Shown: positions 19,548-29,661, counted from the stretch's first letter. The stretch is DNA of 64,000 nucleotides from Gemmatimonadaceae bacterium (GCA_051859245.1 JBHYGA010000001.1:1373722-1437721); one strand, 5' to 3'. Notes: a model not told the origin generated them from the letters alone. Numbers and translations: made by a program.

Positions 19548-19875
19548 AGGTGTACGAACGGCCACGAAGATCCTGATTCCTGAATGAGATCGAAGCAAAG
19601 GCGGACGCCGGTAGAGTGCGAGTGTCGGTTGGTGCGACGACTTTGCGTAGCGAAAGCGGTGCTCCGACCTGTCACGAACGCGTAACGCGCGCCGCCGATT
19701 CGTTTGTGTTGTTTGCCACCGAACGACGTGAAATGATGTGAACTCGTCGTCTATCCGGCACGAGTTCTCCTCTGCACGCGCGAAAGAGCGGTTGTGTCAC
19801 AGGCGAGACGTTCTACGTTAAAAAGTTGGGGGCGTGCGCGCCCTTTCACACTTTTTACCGAGGGCCGTAGTCATC

Positions 19876-22122
19876 TTGCTACTCGCGACCGATCTCGATG
19901 GGACATTTCTCGGCGGCCGACAGGCTGACCGTTTGACGCTGTATCGCACGATCCGTGCAACTCCGCAGATCCGTCTGGTTTTTGTAACCGGACGTGGCGC
20001 CGAATCCGTGCTGCCTCTGCTGGCTGATCCGCTGGTACCCGATCCTGAGTTCATCATTGCCGATGTAGGCGCCACCGTGTTGCACGGCGATGGACGAACG
20101 CCCGTCACGCCACTGCAGTGGGAACTCAGTGAGCGTTGGGTGGGCACCGAGCCCATTTTGCAATCGCTGGCAAACTTTCCCGGGCTCGTGCGACAGCGAG
20201 TGCCGCAAGAGCGCCGCTGTTCGTTCTTTCTCGATGATGTGACACACGTTGATGCGATTCGCGAACGGCTCGCGCATCTGGATGTTGATGTATTGCTGAG
20301 TGCCGAGCGCTATCTGGATGTGCTGCCACGCGGTGTGTCCAAAGGTGATACGCTCACGCGACTTGTGGCACAACTCGGCGTGGATGCGGGCGATGTGCTT
20401 GTTGCCGGCGACACTATGAACGACCTGTCGTTGTATGAAACCGGCTATCGCGGCGTCGTGGTAGGGCAGGCAGAACCGCTGCTGGTCAACGCCACACGCC
20501 ATCGCGAACGGGTGCACATTGCATCGTCGCCTGGCGCGGGTGGAATTCTTGAGGCAATTGAGCAGATCGGACTGAACATCGCACCACAGGTCGATAGTCC
20601 TGCGGGCGACGCGCAGTTGGTGGTGGTGTACCATCGACTACCGTACGAGGAAACGGGGAAGGACGGTGTTGTCTCGCGACAACGCCATACCAGTCCCAAC
20701 GGAATCGTGCCCACGTTGCTCGGCTGCTTCGAAGAGGGAAGGCACGGCTCGTGGGTTGCCTGGACCGCGCATCACGACGGCTCCGGCGCGACATCGCACG
20801 ATCTGGTCGATGAAGATCGTTTTGCGAATCTCGTTGCTGCCAAGGTACCGCTCACTGCCGACGACGTGCAGCGCTTCTATAAGAAGTTTTCAAAGGAAGC
20901 GTTCTGGCCGGTGATCTTTTCGTTTGTAGATCGCGCACGATTCGTGGAAGCCGACTGGCTGCACTTTCTGGAGATCAATCGCAAGTTCGCGGAGACGGCG
21001 GCGGCCGAAGCTGACTACGGTGCGTTAGTCTGGATCCACGACTACAACCTGTGGATGGTGCCGGCGTATCTGCGGCAGCTGCGCCCGGATGTCCGCATTG
21101 GCTTCTTTCACCACACCGCGTTTCCACCCGCCGATGTGTTCAATGTGATTCCGTGGGCGGGACAGATTGTCGGTTCGCTGGCGCAGTGCGACTACATCGG
21201 ATTTCACATTCCGCGGTACGCCGCAAACTTCCTCGATGTACTGCGATCGCATTCGCCCACCGAAGTGCTGGAAACCATGCACTGCGCGCCACGATTCCGT
21301 GTACACGGTGGCGCACTCGCGATTCCGCGCATGCCGTCACTGGTGCGAAGTGGCGATCGTACCATTCGACTCGGTGCGCATCCCGTTGGTGTGAACGTGC
21401 GGGCCATCCGGCGTATTCTCGCGGATGCACAGCGGCTTGAGCAGATCAAAGCCATTCGTGATCGCTTCCGGCACACGAAGCTTGTGCTCTCAGTGGAACG
21501 ACTTGACTACGTGAAGGGTCCGTTGCAAAAGCTGGAGGCGTTTGAGCGCATGCTTGACGCGCATCACGAGCTCCGTGAGCAGGTTACGCTGCTCATGGTG
21601 ACGACGCCGCCAGCACCGGGCATGGAAGTGTACGAGGAAGTGCGTGAAGCGGTCGATCAAGTAGTCGGCCGTATCAATGGCCGATTTTGTACGCTCGATT
21701 GGACGCCCGTGCACTACCTGTTCCGTTCACTGCCGTTCGAAGACGTCATCGCCTACAGCGCAGCGGCTGACGTTGCCTGGATCACACCACTGCGCGACGG
21801 TCTGAATCTGGTTGCCAAAGAGTTCATCGTGGCACAGCATACCACAGAGGGCAATGGTGTGCTGGTGCTTTCCGAGTTTGCGGGTGCTGCGGTGGAAATG
21901 CATGGCGCGCTGCTGACCAATCCCTACGACGTGGAAGGCATGGCGCGCCATCTTCATGATGCACTGGTGCTGCCTGAGGGTGCGCGGGCGCTGCACGTGC
22001 GGCGACTCGCGGCAATCGTTGAACAATCCGATGTAGACGCCTGGAGTCAGGAGTTCTTGTCGGCCATGGCCGGTGACTCAGGCAGCGCGCTTGGATCGTC
22101 TGCGGCAGTCGCACCGCGGTGA
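19876..22122 (+). CDS. Fused HAD-IIB phosphatase / GT20 glucosylglycerol-phosphate synthase (GgpPS-like)
   Basis: N-terminal DLDGT, TGR, KG, GDTMND; C-terminal [44 protein letters not shown] start at 19876 inferred. Confidence 0.88.
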   Translation: MLLATDLDGTFLGGRQADRLTLYRTIRATPQIRLVFVTGRGAESVLPLLADPLVPDPEFIIADVGATVLHGDGRTPVTPLQWELSERWVGTEPILQSLANFPGLVRQRVPQERRCSFFLDDVTHVDAIRERLAHLDVDVLLSAERYLDVLPRGVSKGDTLTRLVAQLGVDAGDVLVAGDTMNDLSLYETGYRGVVVGQAEPLLVNATRHRERVHIASSPGAGGILEAIEQIGLNIAPQVDSPAGDAQLVVVYHRLPYEETGKDGVVSRQRHTSPNGIVPTLLGCFEEGRHGSWVAWTAHHDGSGATSHDLVDEDRFANLVAAKVPLTADDVQRFYKKFSKEAFWPVIFSFVDRARFVEADWLHFLEINRKFAETAAAEADYGALVWIHDYNLWMVPAYLRQLRPDVRIGFFHHTAFPPADVFNVIPWAGQIVGSLAQCDYIGFHIPRYAANFLDVLRSHSPTEVLETMHCAPRFRVHGGALAIPRMPSLVRSGDRTIRLGAHPVGVNVRAIRRILADAQRLEQIKAIRDRFRHTKLVLSVERLDYVKGPLQKLEAFERMLDAHHELREQVTLLMVTTPPAPGMEVYEEVREAVDQVVGRINGRFCTLDWTPVHYLFRSLPFEDVIAYSAAADVAWITPLRDGLNLVAKEFIVAQHTTEGNGVLVLSEFAGAAVEMHGALLTNPYDVEGMARHLHDALVLPEGARALHVRRLAAIVEQSDVDAWSQEFLSAMAGDSGSALGSSAAVAPR

Positions 22123-23133
22123 CTAGTTGTCACCGAGCCGAGCCTCGAGCAGCGCGACCAATCGATGCGCCGCGAGTGCCAGGCGGTGTCTGGCAATCAC
22201 TTCGCCTCTGCTCAGATAGCCTTCCGAGAGTACGGGTGGTGCGTTGCCATTGCGAGCGGGCAACTCGTACACCACGTATCGGGCAAGCGTTGCACTCTCG
22301 TCAGCCCACGACTGCACCGTGGCCGCGAGGGCCGCGCCGTCGGGGATGATGAGATCGTCGCCGGGCGTCGCGGCCAGCGGCAACGCGGCGGCGATCAAGG
22401 TCGCCACGGAGTCAAGCGGAAGATCGCGAGACACACGACCGACCATGCCGTCCCACACGGCATGCAAGTTGGTTGAATCGCGATCACTGCCGGGAATTTT
22501 CGCCCACACGCGATTCGCACCGGCGTCTCCATCAGGTGACGCTACCGTTGAGCGCGACGTGCCGTGCACAGGCTGATGTAAATCGCCGACGATGTGAATG
22601 ATCCAGCCGAGGTGATATGCGCGCACGCTGGCGGGAATCGCCTTGTCCGCTAACGCGTCGGCCATCTTTGGCATTTCCGTGCTGACGTTGGGCGCTGTCA
22701 GCCGAATCGTCGTTGTTCCGTCTGTCGAGAACGAACGCGTGAGGTAATGCCAACCCTCCCGTCGTGCCATCGTCGGAAATCCGGGGAGCAGCGGCGTTGG
22801 CGTCGCCTCTGGACTGGTCTCGCGATAGAAGCGTGCATCGCTTCGAATGCGATCCGGCCATACGGATGCGCGCAGAAAGATCTCCCGCACGCCGTCGGCC
22901 GTTTGCGCGTCAAGGCCTTCGCTGAGGCTCACGAGGTCTGGATGCTCGCGCAGCAATGCGTTCACGCGTGCACGGGTGGGTTGGCTGAGTCGATCGTAGG
23001 CCATCGCAGCCATCGCGCGGTGGCCTACGGCGTCCCACCGAAACAGGGTTGTGGCCGTTGGCGAGGCGAGGGAATCTGGCGTGACATTCGGCGTCAGCAG
23101 CAGCAAGAACGCAAAGTAGAGAAGAGAAGTCAT
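22123..23133 (-). CDS. S1/P1 nuclease family protein, secreted
   Basis: Signal peptide; WDAVGH, WPD, WHY, HIVGDLHQPVH, DAGAN, NLHAVWD zinc-ligand motifs. Confidence 0.92.
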   Translation of the reverse strand: MTSLLYFAFLLLLTPNVTPDSLASPTATTLFRWDAVGHRAMAAMAYDRLSQPTRARVNALLREHPDLVSLSEGLDAQTADGVREIFLRASVWPDRIRSDARFYRETSPEATPTPLLPGFPTMARREGWHYLTRSFSTDGTTTIRLTAPNVSTEMPKMADALADKAIPASVRAYHLGWIIHIVGDLHQPVHGTSRSTVASPDGDAGANRVWAKIPGSDRDSTNLHAVWDGMVGRVSRDLPLDSVATLIAAALPLAATPGDDLIIPDGAALAATVQSWADESATLARYVVYELPARNGNAPPVLSEGYLSRGEVIARHRLALAAHRLVALLEARLGDN

Positions 23134-23215
23134 CTCACAACGTAAATCGAGTGCCGCCGTTCAGGTTGGGTCGTCCGGTAACAACGTGTATCGATTTCAA
23201 AGAGTGCTCGTTCGG

Positions 23216-24391
23216 TCAGGCACGTGCTGCGAGCTCCATGCCTGGCGAGAGCATGCGACGCATCGCGCTGATACTGACGGCATCAGGGGTGGCACGCATG
23301 ATGCTGCGTGCGAACGCACTGCCGAAAGCGCTCGACCATTGCCCCAGCGCGCCGAGCTGACGACTCGTGCGCACAATTGCGGCGACGCGTTGAGAACGCG
23401 CTCGTTCGTAGCGTGCAATCGCGTCGGCAATGCCTGATGCCTCGCGCAAACACAATAGCAGCGACAGCACATCTTCGAGCGCCATGGCCGCACCCTGTCC
23501 AAGATTGGGCGTGGTGGCGTGACTCGCGTCTCCAATGAGTGCCACGCGATCGCGTCCCCACACCTGCGATGAGAGGTCCTCAATGTCATGACGCATCAGC
23601 ACGTTCTCGTGGCTCTTCGCCAGCGCATCGAGCACGGGTCGCGCCGCGCCTCCAAACTCGGTAAATCGCTGCGCCACCCACGCATTGCGGTGACTCGTTG
23701 GGTCCTGGCCACCCGCAGGCGCATTTTCTGTCAGAAACAGATACAGACGACCGTCACGTAGTGGCACCAGACCAACCCGCTTGCCGCGTCCCCACATTTC
23801 GATCACATCCGTGATCCCGGAAACATTGGGCACGACCGCGCGCCAACACGTGTAGCCCGCGTACCGAACGCGCGCTTTGGTGTGCGGGAAGGCAACGTGG
23901 CGAACACGCGAGCGCAATCCGTCTGCACCGATGACGAGCGCGTATTCCGCGCGGTGTGCATCCGTGCGGTGCGCGATGACCGCGTCGTGTTGGATTTCGA
24001 CGCGCTCAATGCTGGCGCCAAACACCACGCGCGATTCGTCCACGCCGTGCACCAGCAGCTGATGCAAATCCGCGCGATGCACGGCCAACGGCGGTGCAAA
24101 CGCCGCACCGAGCGCTGACATTTCCATACGCTGCAGTTCACCACCGCGCGCATCCTGCAGCAGCATCACCGGCAGTGGCTGACCAAAGGCTTGTAGTGGA
24201 TGCGCCGCGCCCAGCACCTCCAGCACGCGTTGCGCGTTCGCGCCAAGGACCAATCCCGCACCCAGCGGTTCAAAGCGCGGTGCGCGTTCCAGGACGTCGA
24301 CCAACGCGCCCTCGCGCGAGAGGGCAGATGTCATCGCGAGCCCACCGATGCCGCCACCAACGACGAGAATGGGCAGTCCGGACAGGTTCAT
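23216..24391 (-). CDS. FAD-dependent monooxygenase (group A, salicylate hydroxylase-like)
   Basis: GGGIGG, GADGLRSRVR, GDASHATTPNLGQGAAMALED. Confidence 0.92.
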   Translation of the reverse strand: MNLSGLPILVVGGGIGGLAMTSALSREGALVDVLERAPRFEPLGAGLVLGANAQRVLEVLGAAHPLQAFGQPLPVMLLQDARGGELQRMEMSALGAAFAPPLAVHRADLHQLLVHGVDESRVVFGASIERVEIQHDAVIAHRTDAHRAEYALVIGADGLRSRVRHVAFPHTKARVRYAGYTCWRAVVPNVSGITDVIEMWGRGKRVGLVPLRDGRLYLFLTENAPAGGQDPTSHRNAWVAQRFTEFGGAARPVLDALAKSHENVLMRHDIEDLSSQVWGRDRVALIGDASHATTPNLGQGAAMALEDVLSLLLCLREASGIADAIARYERARSQRVAAIVRTSRQLGALGQWSSAFGSAFARSIMRATPDAVSISAMRRMLSPGMELAARA

Positions 24392-25041
24392 GGCGCGTTC
24401 CTCCGCGTTGAGCGCGTGTTGGGCTCGGAAGCTCGCGATCTCTTGACGCGCGACGCACTGGCAGCGCTGGCAGGGAAGGTGACACTCAGCAGCCGATCGA
24501 GTTCGTGCACCATATCGTCTGGTTTCATTGTCGCGTTCCGCAGCCCGTGCAGGAGCACGGTCAGGTACAAGCCGAAAAACGCGGTCGCTGCGTCCAGCGC
24601 ACTGACACCTTCACGCAGCAGGCCGTCGCGCACGATGGTTTCGGCGACGTCTCCGAGAAAATCCTGCAGCGTTTGTGTACTCAGCGAGTCAGGGGGTGTT
24701 GGCACAAACAGCGCTTGCTGCACCAAAACGGCCGAAAGCGCCGGCTGTTTGGCGTAGTATCGGTACAAGTGTTTGGCGAGATGCAGCAGACGGTCTCGAC
24801 CGCTGGCCGGCGCACTCGCGCGCGCTCGCTTGAGCACGCGCTGCAAGTCGTCGTGCAGCGCCTCCTGCAGCAGCGCCCCTTTGTCCGCGACGTGCACAAA
24901 CAATGTGCCCACCGCCACCTCGGCGCGTTCGGCGACCGCCTTCATGGTGGTGCCGTCGAATCCGCGTTCCGCGAAGATCTCGCGGGCGGCATCGAGCACG
25001 CGGGCACGAGTCTCGGTTTTTCTGAGTTGGCGTGCTGGCAT
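24388..25041 (-). CDS. TetR/AcrR family regulator
   Basis: RARVLDAAREIFAERGFDGTTMKAVAERAEVAVGTLF HTH; 4-nt overlap with the monooxygenase. Confidence 0.9.
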   Translation of the reverse strand: MPARQLRKTETRARVLDAAREIFAERGFDGTTMKAVAERAEVAVGTLFVHVADKGALLQEALHDDLQRVLKRARASAPASGRDRLLHLAKHLYRYYAKQPALSAVLVQQALFVPTPPDSLSTQTLQDFLGDVAETIVRDGLLREGVSALDAATAFFGLYLTVLLHGLRNATMKPDDMVHELDRLLSVTFPASAASASRVKRSRASEPNTRSTRRNAP

Positions 25042-25068
25042 GTACGACCGGGCGCGGAACCGAAAAAA

Positions 25069-25094
25069 GTGAACCCATTCGGTGAACGCGTTCA
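25069..25094. promoter_or_regulatory. Candidate TetR operator
   Basis: Perfect palindrome TGAACGCGTTCA (25083-25094) plus imperfect copy TGAACCCATTC (25070-25080), just upstream of the tetR start. Confidence 0.5.
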
Positions 25095-25147
25095 GTGTAT
25101 TGCGCTGGTCTGTCCCGCGCAAGTGTAGCCTCTGAGCGCCATACTAG

Positions 25148-25566
25148 ACAACGATTCTGTTCTCGCCCGAAACTCATCAGCGTCTGACAGAACTCGCGGC
25201 CCGTCGTGGGACGAGTCTCGGCGCGCTTGTGCGCGAGGCATGCGCGGTGCACTACGGATTGGTCAGCACCGAAGCACGCGTCGAGGCGGTATCGGCGCTC
25301 GCCGCCATGTCGCTTCCGGTGAGCACGCCGCGGGACATGAAACACGAATCGGTGCCGTCTGCCGACGCGTTCCTGTCTTTCCCACCGTTCTTCCGATCAC
25401 TTCGCAAATCCTCGATCGAGCACGCGAGCTGCTGGACAGACACGCGTCGCTGATGGCACGCGATGCGCTGCATGCCGCCGTTGTGATGCACGAGGGGCTG
25501 GATGCCATTTGCAGCTATGATCGGGACTTCGACGTTGATGCCGACCTGTCGCGCGTCGAGCCGTAG
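25148..25566 (+). pseudogene. Decayed RHH antitoxin / PIN (VapC) toxin pair
   Basis: TTILFSPETHQRLTELAARRGTSLGALVREAC (RHH-like, preceded by in-frame TAG) joined to only the C-terminal half of a PIN domain (VFPTVLPIT...ARDALHAAV...SYDRDFD). Confidence 0.75.
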
Positions 25567-25618
25567 GCGCATGCCCCGCCGCGGTCGTGCGCGACGGGGT
25601 TTCCGTGAGGAGACCGGC

Positions 25619-27598
25619 TTAGCGCTGCTCGGCGACGGGCCGTGAGATGCGTATCCATTGTTCGACAAGCTGCGCAAACTCAGCGCGATAGTGCCCCTCG
25701 TCATCACCCATGGCGCCGCGTGCGAGACGCAGGATGTCCTCTGCGGTGGTGGTGCCCATGTGCTCCGAGCCGCGCAAAAGCATGCCGAACGATGCAACCG
25801 ATGACGCGAAGCGGAAATCTTCGGACGTGCTCTGGCCCGATGAGGCGAGACGCACGGGTTGTGTGATCAGGTCACTCGTTGAGGCACCGGGCTTCTTGTA
25901 GCGAAGCTTGACGAACAAGAGTTCACTGCCTGCAGTAGCGGTACGAGCGGTGGATGTGGTGTCATACCGCGACCCGTCCGCTTCACGAATGTTTGCGCTG
26001 GTTGCTGCGCCGTGCGGCACCACTTCGTACAGCGCGGTGACCGTGTGTCCGGACCCGATGTCGCCGGCGTCCTTTTGGTCATCGGCAAAATCTTCGTTGC
26101 GCAGCAGCCGGTTTTCGTAGCCGATCAGACGGTAGGCACGAACAACTGACGGATTGAACTCAACCTGTAGTTTGACATCGTTTGCCACGGTCACCAGCGT
26201 AGCGCCCATCTCGCGAATGAGCGTTTTGCGCGCTTCGCCGATGTTGTCGATGTACGCATAGTTGCCGTTGCCGACCTTGGCGAGTTTTTCCATCTTCGCG
26301 TCCTGAATGTTCCCCGTGCCGAAACCAAGCACGGTCAGATAGGTGCCTTCCTTTCGTTTGGTTTCAATCAGGCGTTCCATTTCTGCATCGCTGCTTGGGC
26401 CGACATTAAAGTCGCCGTCACTTGCCAGGATCACCCGGTTGTTGCCTTCGCGCATGAAGTGCTCCCGCGCTGTGCGATAGGCGAGCTCGAGACCTGCGCC
26501 GCCAGCGGTCGAGCCGCCGGATTCAAGGCGGTCGATCGCGTTCATGATGGTTGTTTTCTGCGAGCCAGATGTGCTGGGCAGCACGAGACCAGCGCTTCCT
26601 GCATATACCACCAATGCCACGCGATCCTGTTCCCGCATCTGCTGCACCAGGAGGCGCAAGGATTCTTTTACCAGCGGCAGTTTGTCAGGGCTGGACATTG
26701 AGCCCGAGACATCAATCAAAAACACGAGATTGTTGGCTGGCAACTTTTCCGTGTCAATGCGACGCGCCTGTAGTGCAATGCGCACCAGCTGATGATTGGT
26801 TTGCCATGGCGCGGGTGCGACTTCCGTGGTGATTGCAATCGGATCCTTGCCGCGTGGTGCGTCCAGCGTGTACGGGAAATAGTTCACAAGCTCTTCAATG
26901 CGCACGGCGTCGGGCGGCGGAACGCGACCTTCATTCAAGAAGCGTCGCATGTTGCCGTACGACGCACGGTCCACATCGATGGAGAACGTGGACAGCGCGT
27001 TGCCGGTGACCGCGAGGAACGGATTGTCTTCAATGCGGTCGTACTGCTCACGATTGCCAATCACGTTGTCAGCAGCACGATCGTCGCGGAACTTCACGGT
27101 GGACGGGGTAACGGTCGCAGGCGTTGCCAGGACTGGCGAAGAGAGCCCACGCGGTCGGCCCTCCCGCAACTCGTGCGAAGCAACCACGACCTGACTCAAC
27201 CGTGAGACGTGCGCCGCAAGTTGGATATCGGCACGCACCGTGTCTGCGCGCGCTTTCACCACAATCGTCTGCGCGCTGTAACCGATGCGTCGTACTTGCA
27301 GTGTGACCGAGCTGCCGCGTGTGACGTTCGAGAGTTTCAGCGTGTACTGGCCGTCCGCGCCGGTGGTCGCACCTTCACCCGGGGTGCTGTTCACTCTCAA
27401 CACCTGAGCCCCTGCAACGGGTGATTGCGTTGCCGCATCACGCACCGTGCCGACTACAACGATCGTCTCGCGGTTTGCCGCAACTTGCGACGCGTCTGGC
27501 GCTGTGCGCTCGTGCGCTGGCGCAAGTATCGCGAGCATTGCTCCAACTGCCGGTACAGCCAGGAATCGTGCAATCGCCGATCGGGATAGGTCAAACAT
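25619..27598 (-). CDS. Secreted VWA domain protein (YfbK-like) with N-terminal carboxypeptidase-regulatory-like domain
   Basis: Signal peptide; GQYTL/RRIGY/LSQVVV domain; STFSIDVDRASY; MIDAS DVSGSM, T and SDGDFNVG; C-terminal RLIGYENR/KLRYK. Confidence 0.9.
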   Translation of the reverse strand: MFDLSRSAIARFLAVPAVGAMLAILAPAHERTAPDASQVAANRETIVVVGTVRDAATQSPVAGAQVLRVNSTPGEGATTGADGQYTLKLSNVTRGSSVTLQVRRIGYSAQTIVVKARADTVRADIQLAAHVSRLSQVVVASHELREGRPRGLSSPVLATPATVTPSTVKFRDDRAADNVIGNREQYDRIEDNPFLAVTGNALSTFSIDVDRASYGNMRRFLNEGRVPPPDAVRIEELVNYFPYTLDAPRGKDPIAITTEVAPAPWQTNHQLVRIALQARRIDTEKLPANNLVFLIDVSGSMSSPDKLPLVKESLRLLVQQMREQDRVALVVYAGSAGLVLPSTSGSQKTTIMNAIDRLESGGSTAGGAGLELAYRTAREHFMREGNNRVILASDGDFNVGPSSDAEMERLIETKRKEGTYLTVLGFGTGNIQDAKMEKLAKVGNGNYAYIDNIGEARKTLIREMGATLVTVANDVKLQVEFNPSVVRAYRLIGYENRLLRNEDFADDQKDAGDIGSGHTVTALYEVVPHGAATSANIREADGSRYDTTSTARTATAGSELLFVKLRYKKPGASTSDLITQPVRLASSGQSTSEDFRFASSVASFGMLLRGSEHMGTTTAEDILRLARGAMGDDEGHYRAEFAQLVEQWIRISRPVAEQR

Positions 27599-27635
27599 GT
27601 GTACGCTCCAGTGTGGTAGTGAAAGTCCGCACTGG

Positions 27636-27664
27636 TAGACGCCGACTCGGCCAAAACTTGCACA
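27636..27664 (-). promoter_or_regulatory. Putative ECF-sigma promoter upstream of the VWA gene
   Basis: Minus strand TGTGCAAGTTTTG-GCCGAGTCG-GCGTCTA; both arms identical to the motif at 29662-29690. Confidence 0.75.
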
Positions 27665-27674
27665 CTCCTGTGCA

Positions 27675-29102
27675 TCAGTTGTTGCGCGAGCAGCGCTGTG
27701 ATGAGGTGTCGGCCATGAATTCGATCTCTTCACGTCGCATAATCGCAGTACGCACGTTCGCGCTACGAAGGCTCGTATCACGAATGTTGGCATTACGAAT
27801 GTTCGTATTACGAATGTTTGTATCACGAATGTTCGTATCACGAACGTTCACGTCACGCGCGTTCGCATCGCGCGCGATTGCACCGAGCGTTTCCGTCACC
27901 GTTCCGAACCATGCACTGTCATCGGCGTGCAGTTCGAACACAATGACGGCGCTGCCACTGACGCCGCGCCCTGTCAGTGTGCCCATGGCGTCCAGATCAA
28001 ACTTCGCGTCCGTTCGCGCGTCGCGCGTGGGCCAGCCCACCAACGTGAGCGTAAGTGCACCCGAGGCAGGCAGCGGCCCGCGCAGCATGCGAAGCATGGG
28101 CGCGCGACCACTCGATGAATCAGCAACGGCAACGAGACACTGCGACCGGCGCGGGGCAGGGAACGCTCGCGCCGACGACACCACGACCTGGCTGAGCGCC
28201 ATGACAGACGGAGTCAGTTCAAAGTTGACCGTCGTGGAATCCAGCGAGCCGCTGGCAATGGGTAGCGACGAGGCGGTGTAACCAATCCGCCTCGCGAGCA
28301 GTGCCGTCGCGTTCACCGGAACGTTGCGCAGCGTGTATTGACCCAGCGAATCCGTCACGACGCCAAGCGCGCTTCCGGGTACGGACACGCTTGCGCTGGC
28401 GAGCGGTCTGCCGCCGTCTGTCACGCGCCCGCTGACCGTGATCAAAGTGGTCGTCGCGACATCCGCCACTGCGCGACCAGCTGGCGGTGTCGCTGCGACC
28501 TCAGGCAACGCGCGCTTGGTTGGAAGTGAGGCATCTGGCTTGGGCACGGCTGGCGTGGCCGCACTCACCGGTTTTGGTGACGCGGGCGTGCGAACGGCAG
28601 CAGACGCAGTCGCCACCGTGCTGTCGCGCGTACCGTCGCGCATACCGTCGCGCGTACTGTCGCGCGTACGGTCGCTCGCGCGGTCGCGGTTCCCCATGTA
28701 CGACACGCCGGCGATCATCAGCATGAGCCCGGCGGCGATCTGCGCCACGAACCGCGTGCGCCAGCGTGAACTCGTCTTTGCCTTCTCCATCGGCGCGCCG
28801 GCGACAATGCGCGCCGACGCACGCCGCACATCGTCACGCGAGATAATCGACCGCGTTGTCACTTCCGCCGCATTCACAATACGCGCTGAGGCCGCAATAA
28901 ATCCGCGCGCCTCGGCCACCGCAGCATCGCAGCTTGCACACGAGCGCACGTGTTGCGCCACGGTGTTACTGTCATTGCGGTCCATCGCGCCATCAAGCCA
29001 GGCATGAATCGATTCTTCGGAGACATGACCATCCGTTGTCCATTCCGGACGGAACGTCGATGAGTCGAACGCGCCCAGCACTTCGTCGTCAGGATGCGGC
29101 AT
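27675..29102 (-). CDS. Zinc-binding anti-sigma factor (HxxxCxxC), single TM, extracytoplasmic carboxypeptidase-regulatory-like domain
   Basis: IHAWLDG...HVRSCASC; TM IAAGLMLMIAGVSYM; GQYTL/RRIGY/LSQVVV; overlaps the ECF sigma stop. Confidence 0.85.
   Translation of the reverse strand: MPHPDDEVLGAFDSSTFRPEWTTDGHVSEESIHAWLDGAMDRNDSNTVAQHVRSCASCDAAVAEARGFIAASARIVNAAEVTTRSIISRDDVRRASARIVAGAPMEKAKTSSRWRTRFVAQIAAGLMLMIAGVSYMGNRDRASDRTRDSTRDGMRDGTRDSTVATASAAVRTPASPKPVSAATPAVPKPDASLPTKRALPEVAATPPAGRAVADVATTTLITVSGRVTDGGRPLASASVSVPGSALGVVTDSLGQYTLRNVPVNATALLARRIGYTASSLPIASGSLDSTTVNFELTPSVMALSQVVVSSARAFPAPRRSQCLVAVADSSSGRAPMLRMLRGPLPASGALTLTLVGWPTRDARTDAKFDLDAMGTLTGRGVSGSAVIVFELHADDSAWFGTVTETLGAIARDANARDVNVRDTNIRDTNIRNTNIRNANIRDTSLRSANVRTAIMRREEIEFMADTSSQRCSRNN
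27751..27870. repeat. Eight degenerate 15-bp tandem repeats (consensus CGAATGTTCGTATCA) in the anti-sigma 3' region
   Basis: Units begin at 27751, 27766, 27781, 27796, 27811, 27826, 27841, 27856; encode NIRDT-type pentapeptides. Confidence 0.9.
28618..28689. repeat. Six degenerate 12-bp tandem repeats (GTAC(C/T)GTCGCGC) encoding RDST/RDGT after the anti-sigma TM
   Basis: Units at 28618, 28630, 28642, 28654, 28666, 28678. Confidence 0.85.
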
Positions 29103-29607
29103 TTGCACCTCCACGCTCGTGTTCCCGCGCCAGCCCTTCGTAGCTTCGCACCACCTTCTTTCTCGCTCGCGTGAGTGTTGTGCCGACCGATTGCACGGAG
29201 AGACCCAGCGCGGCCGCAATCTCCTGGTAGTTCAATCCTTCCTGACTCATGTACAATGCGGCCCGGTCGCGCTCGGGGATGTCATTCAACGCTTCACGCG
29301 CCAGGATCGAGCGCCGCGCGTCGTCCGGGGAAACGTCCTCCGGCTCTGGCGCGCTATGCGACGCGTCGGCGTGCAATGCCATCAGATGCCGTCGCTGGCG
29401 CGTTTCCCGTCGAATCAGGTCACGAATCAGATTAGTGGCCACCGCAAAGAGCCACGCACGCTCATGCACCAGCGGTTGATGTCGCAGCGCGCGCACAAAC
29501 GTCTCCTGGGCCAGCTCCTCGGCCAGATCAGCGTCATGCAGCTGTCTGGTGAGATAGCGGACCAGTGGCGTGTGGAACTCGCGAAACAGACGCTCAATCT
29601 CTTGCAT
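29089..29607 (-). CDS. ECF RNA polymerase sigma factor
   Basis: Region 2 AEELAQETF...AWLFAVATN; region 4 EGLNYQEIAAALGLSVQSVGTTLTRAR. Confidence 0.93.
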   Translation of the reverse strand: MQEIERLFREFHTPLVRYLTRQLHDADLAEELAQETFVRALRHQPLVHERAWLFAVATNLIRDLIRRETRQRRHLMALHADASHSAPEPEDVSPDDARRSILAREALNDIPERDRAALYMSQEGLNYQEIAAALGLSVQSVGTTLTRARKKVVRSYEGLAREHERGGANAAS

Positions 29608-29661
29608 GCAGCAGGGTGCAGATTCATCAAGGCGTCCCGTATTCCGGCCGCGTCTTCATGC

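Noticed and set aside
19600..19720. c-di-GMP-I riboswitch upstream of the EAL-GGDEF gene (GGCAAAC ... ACGCAAAG on the minus strand)
   Set aside because: The two motifs are about 60 nt apart with no properly placed GAAA tetraloop stem; an Infernal search would be needed and I expect a negative
27599..27841. 81-aa N-terminal extension of the VWA ORF (MIRTFVIQTFV...)
   Set aside because: An alternative frame of the 15-bp repeat; the signal peptide and promoter motif support the start at 27598
27751..27870. Possible CRISPR array
   Set aside because: Units are contiguous 15-mers with no unique spacers, lie in frame inside a gene, and no cas genes are present
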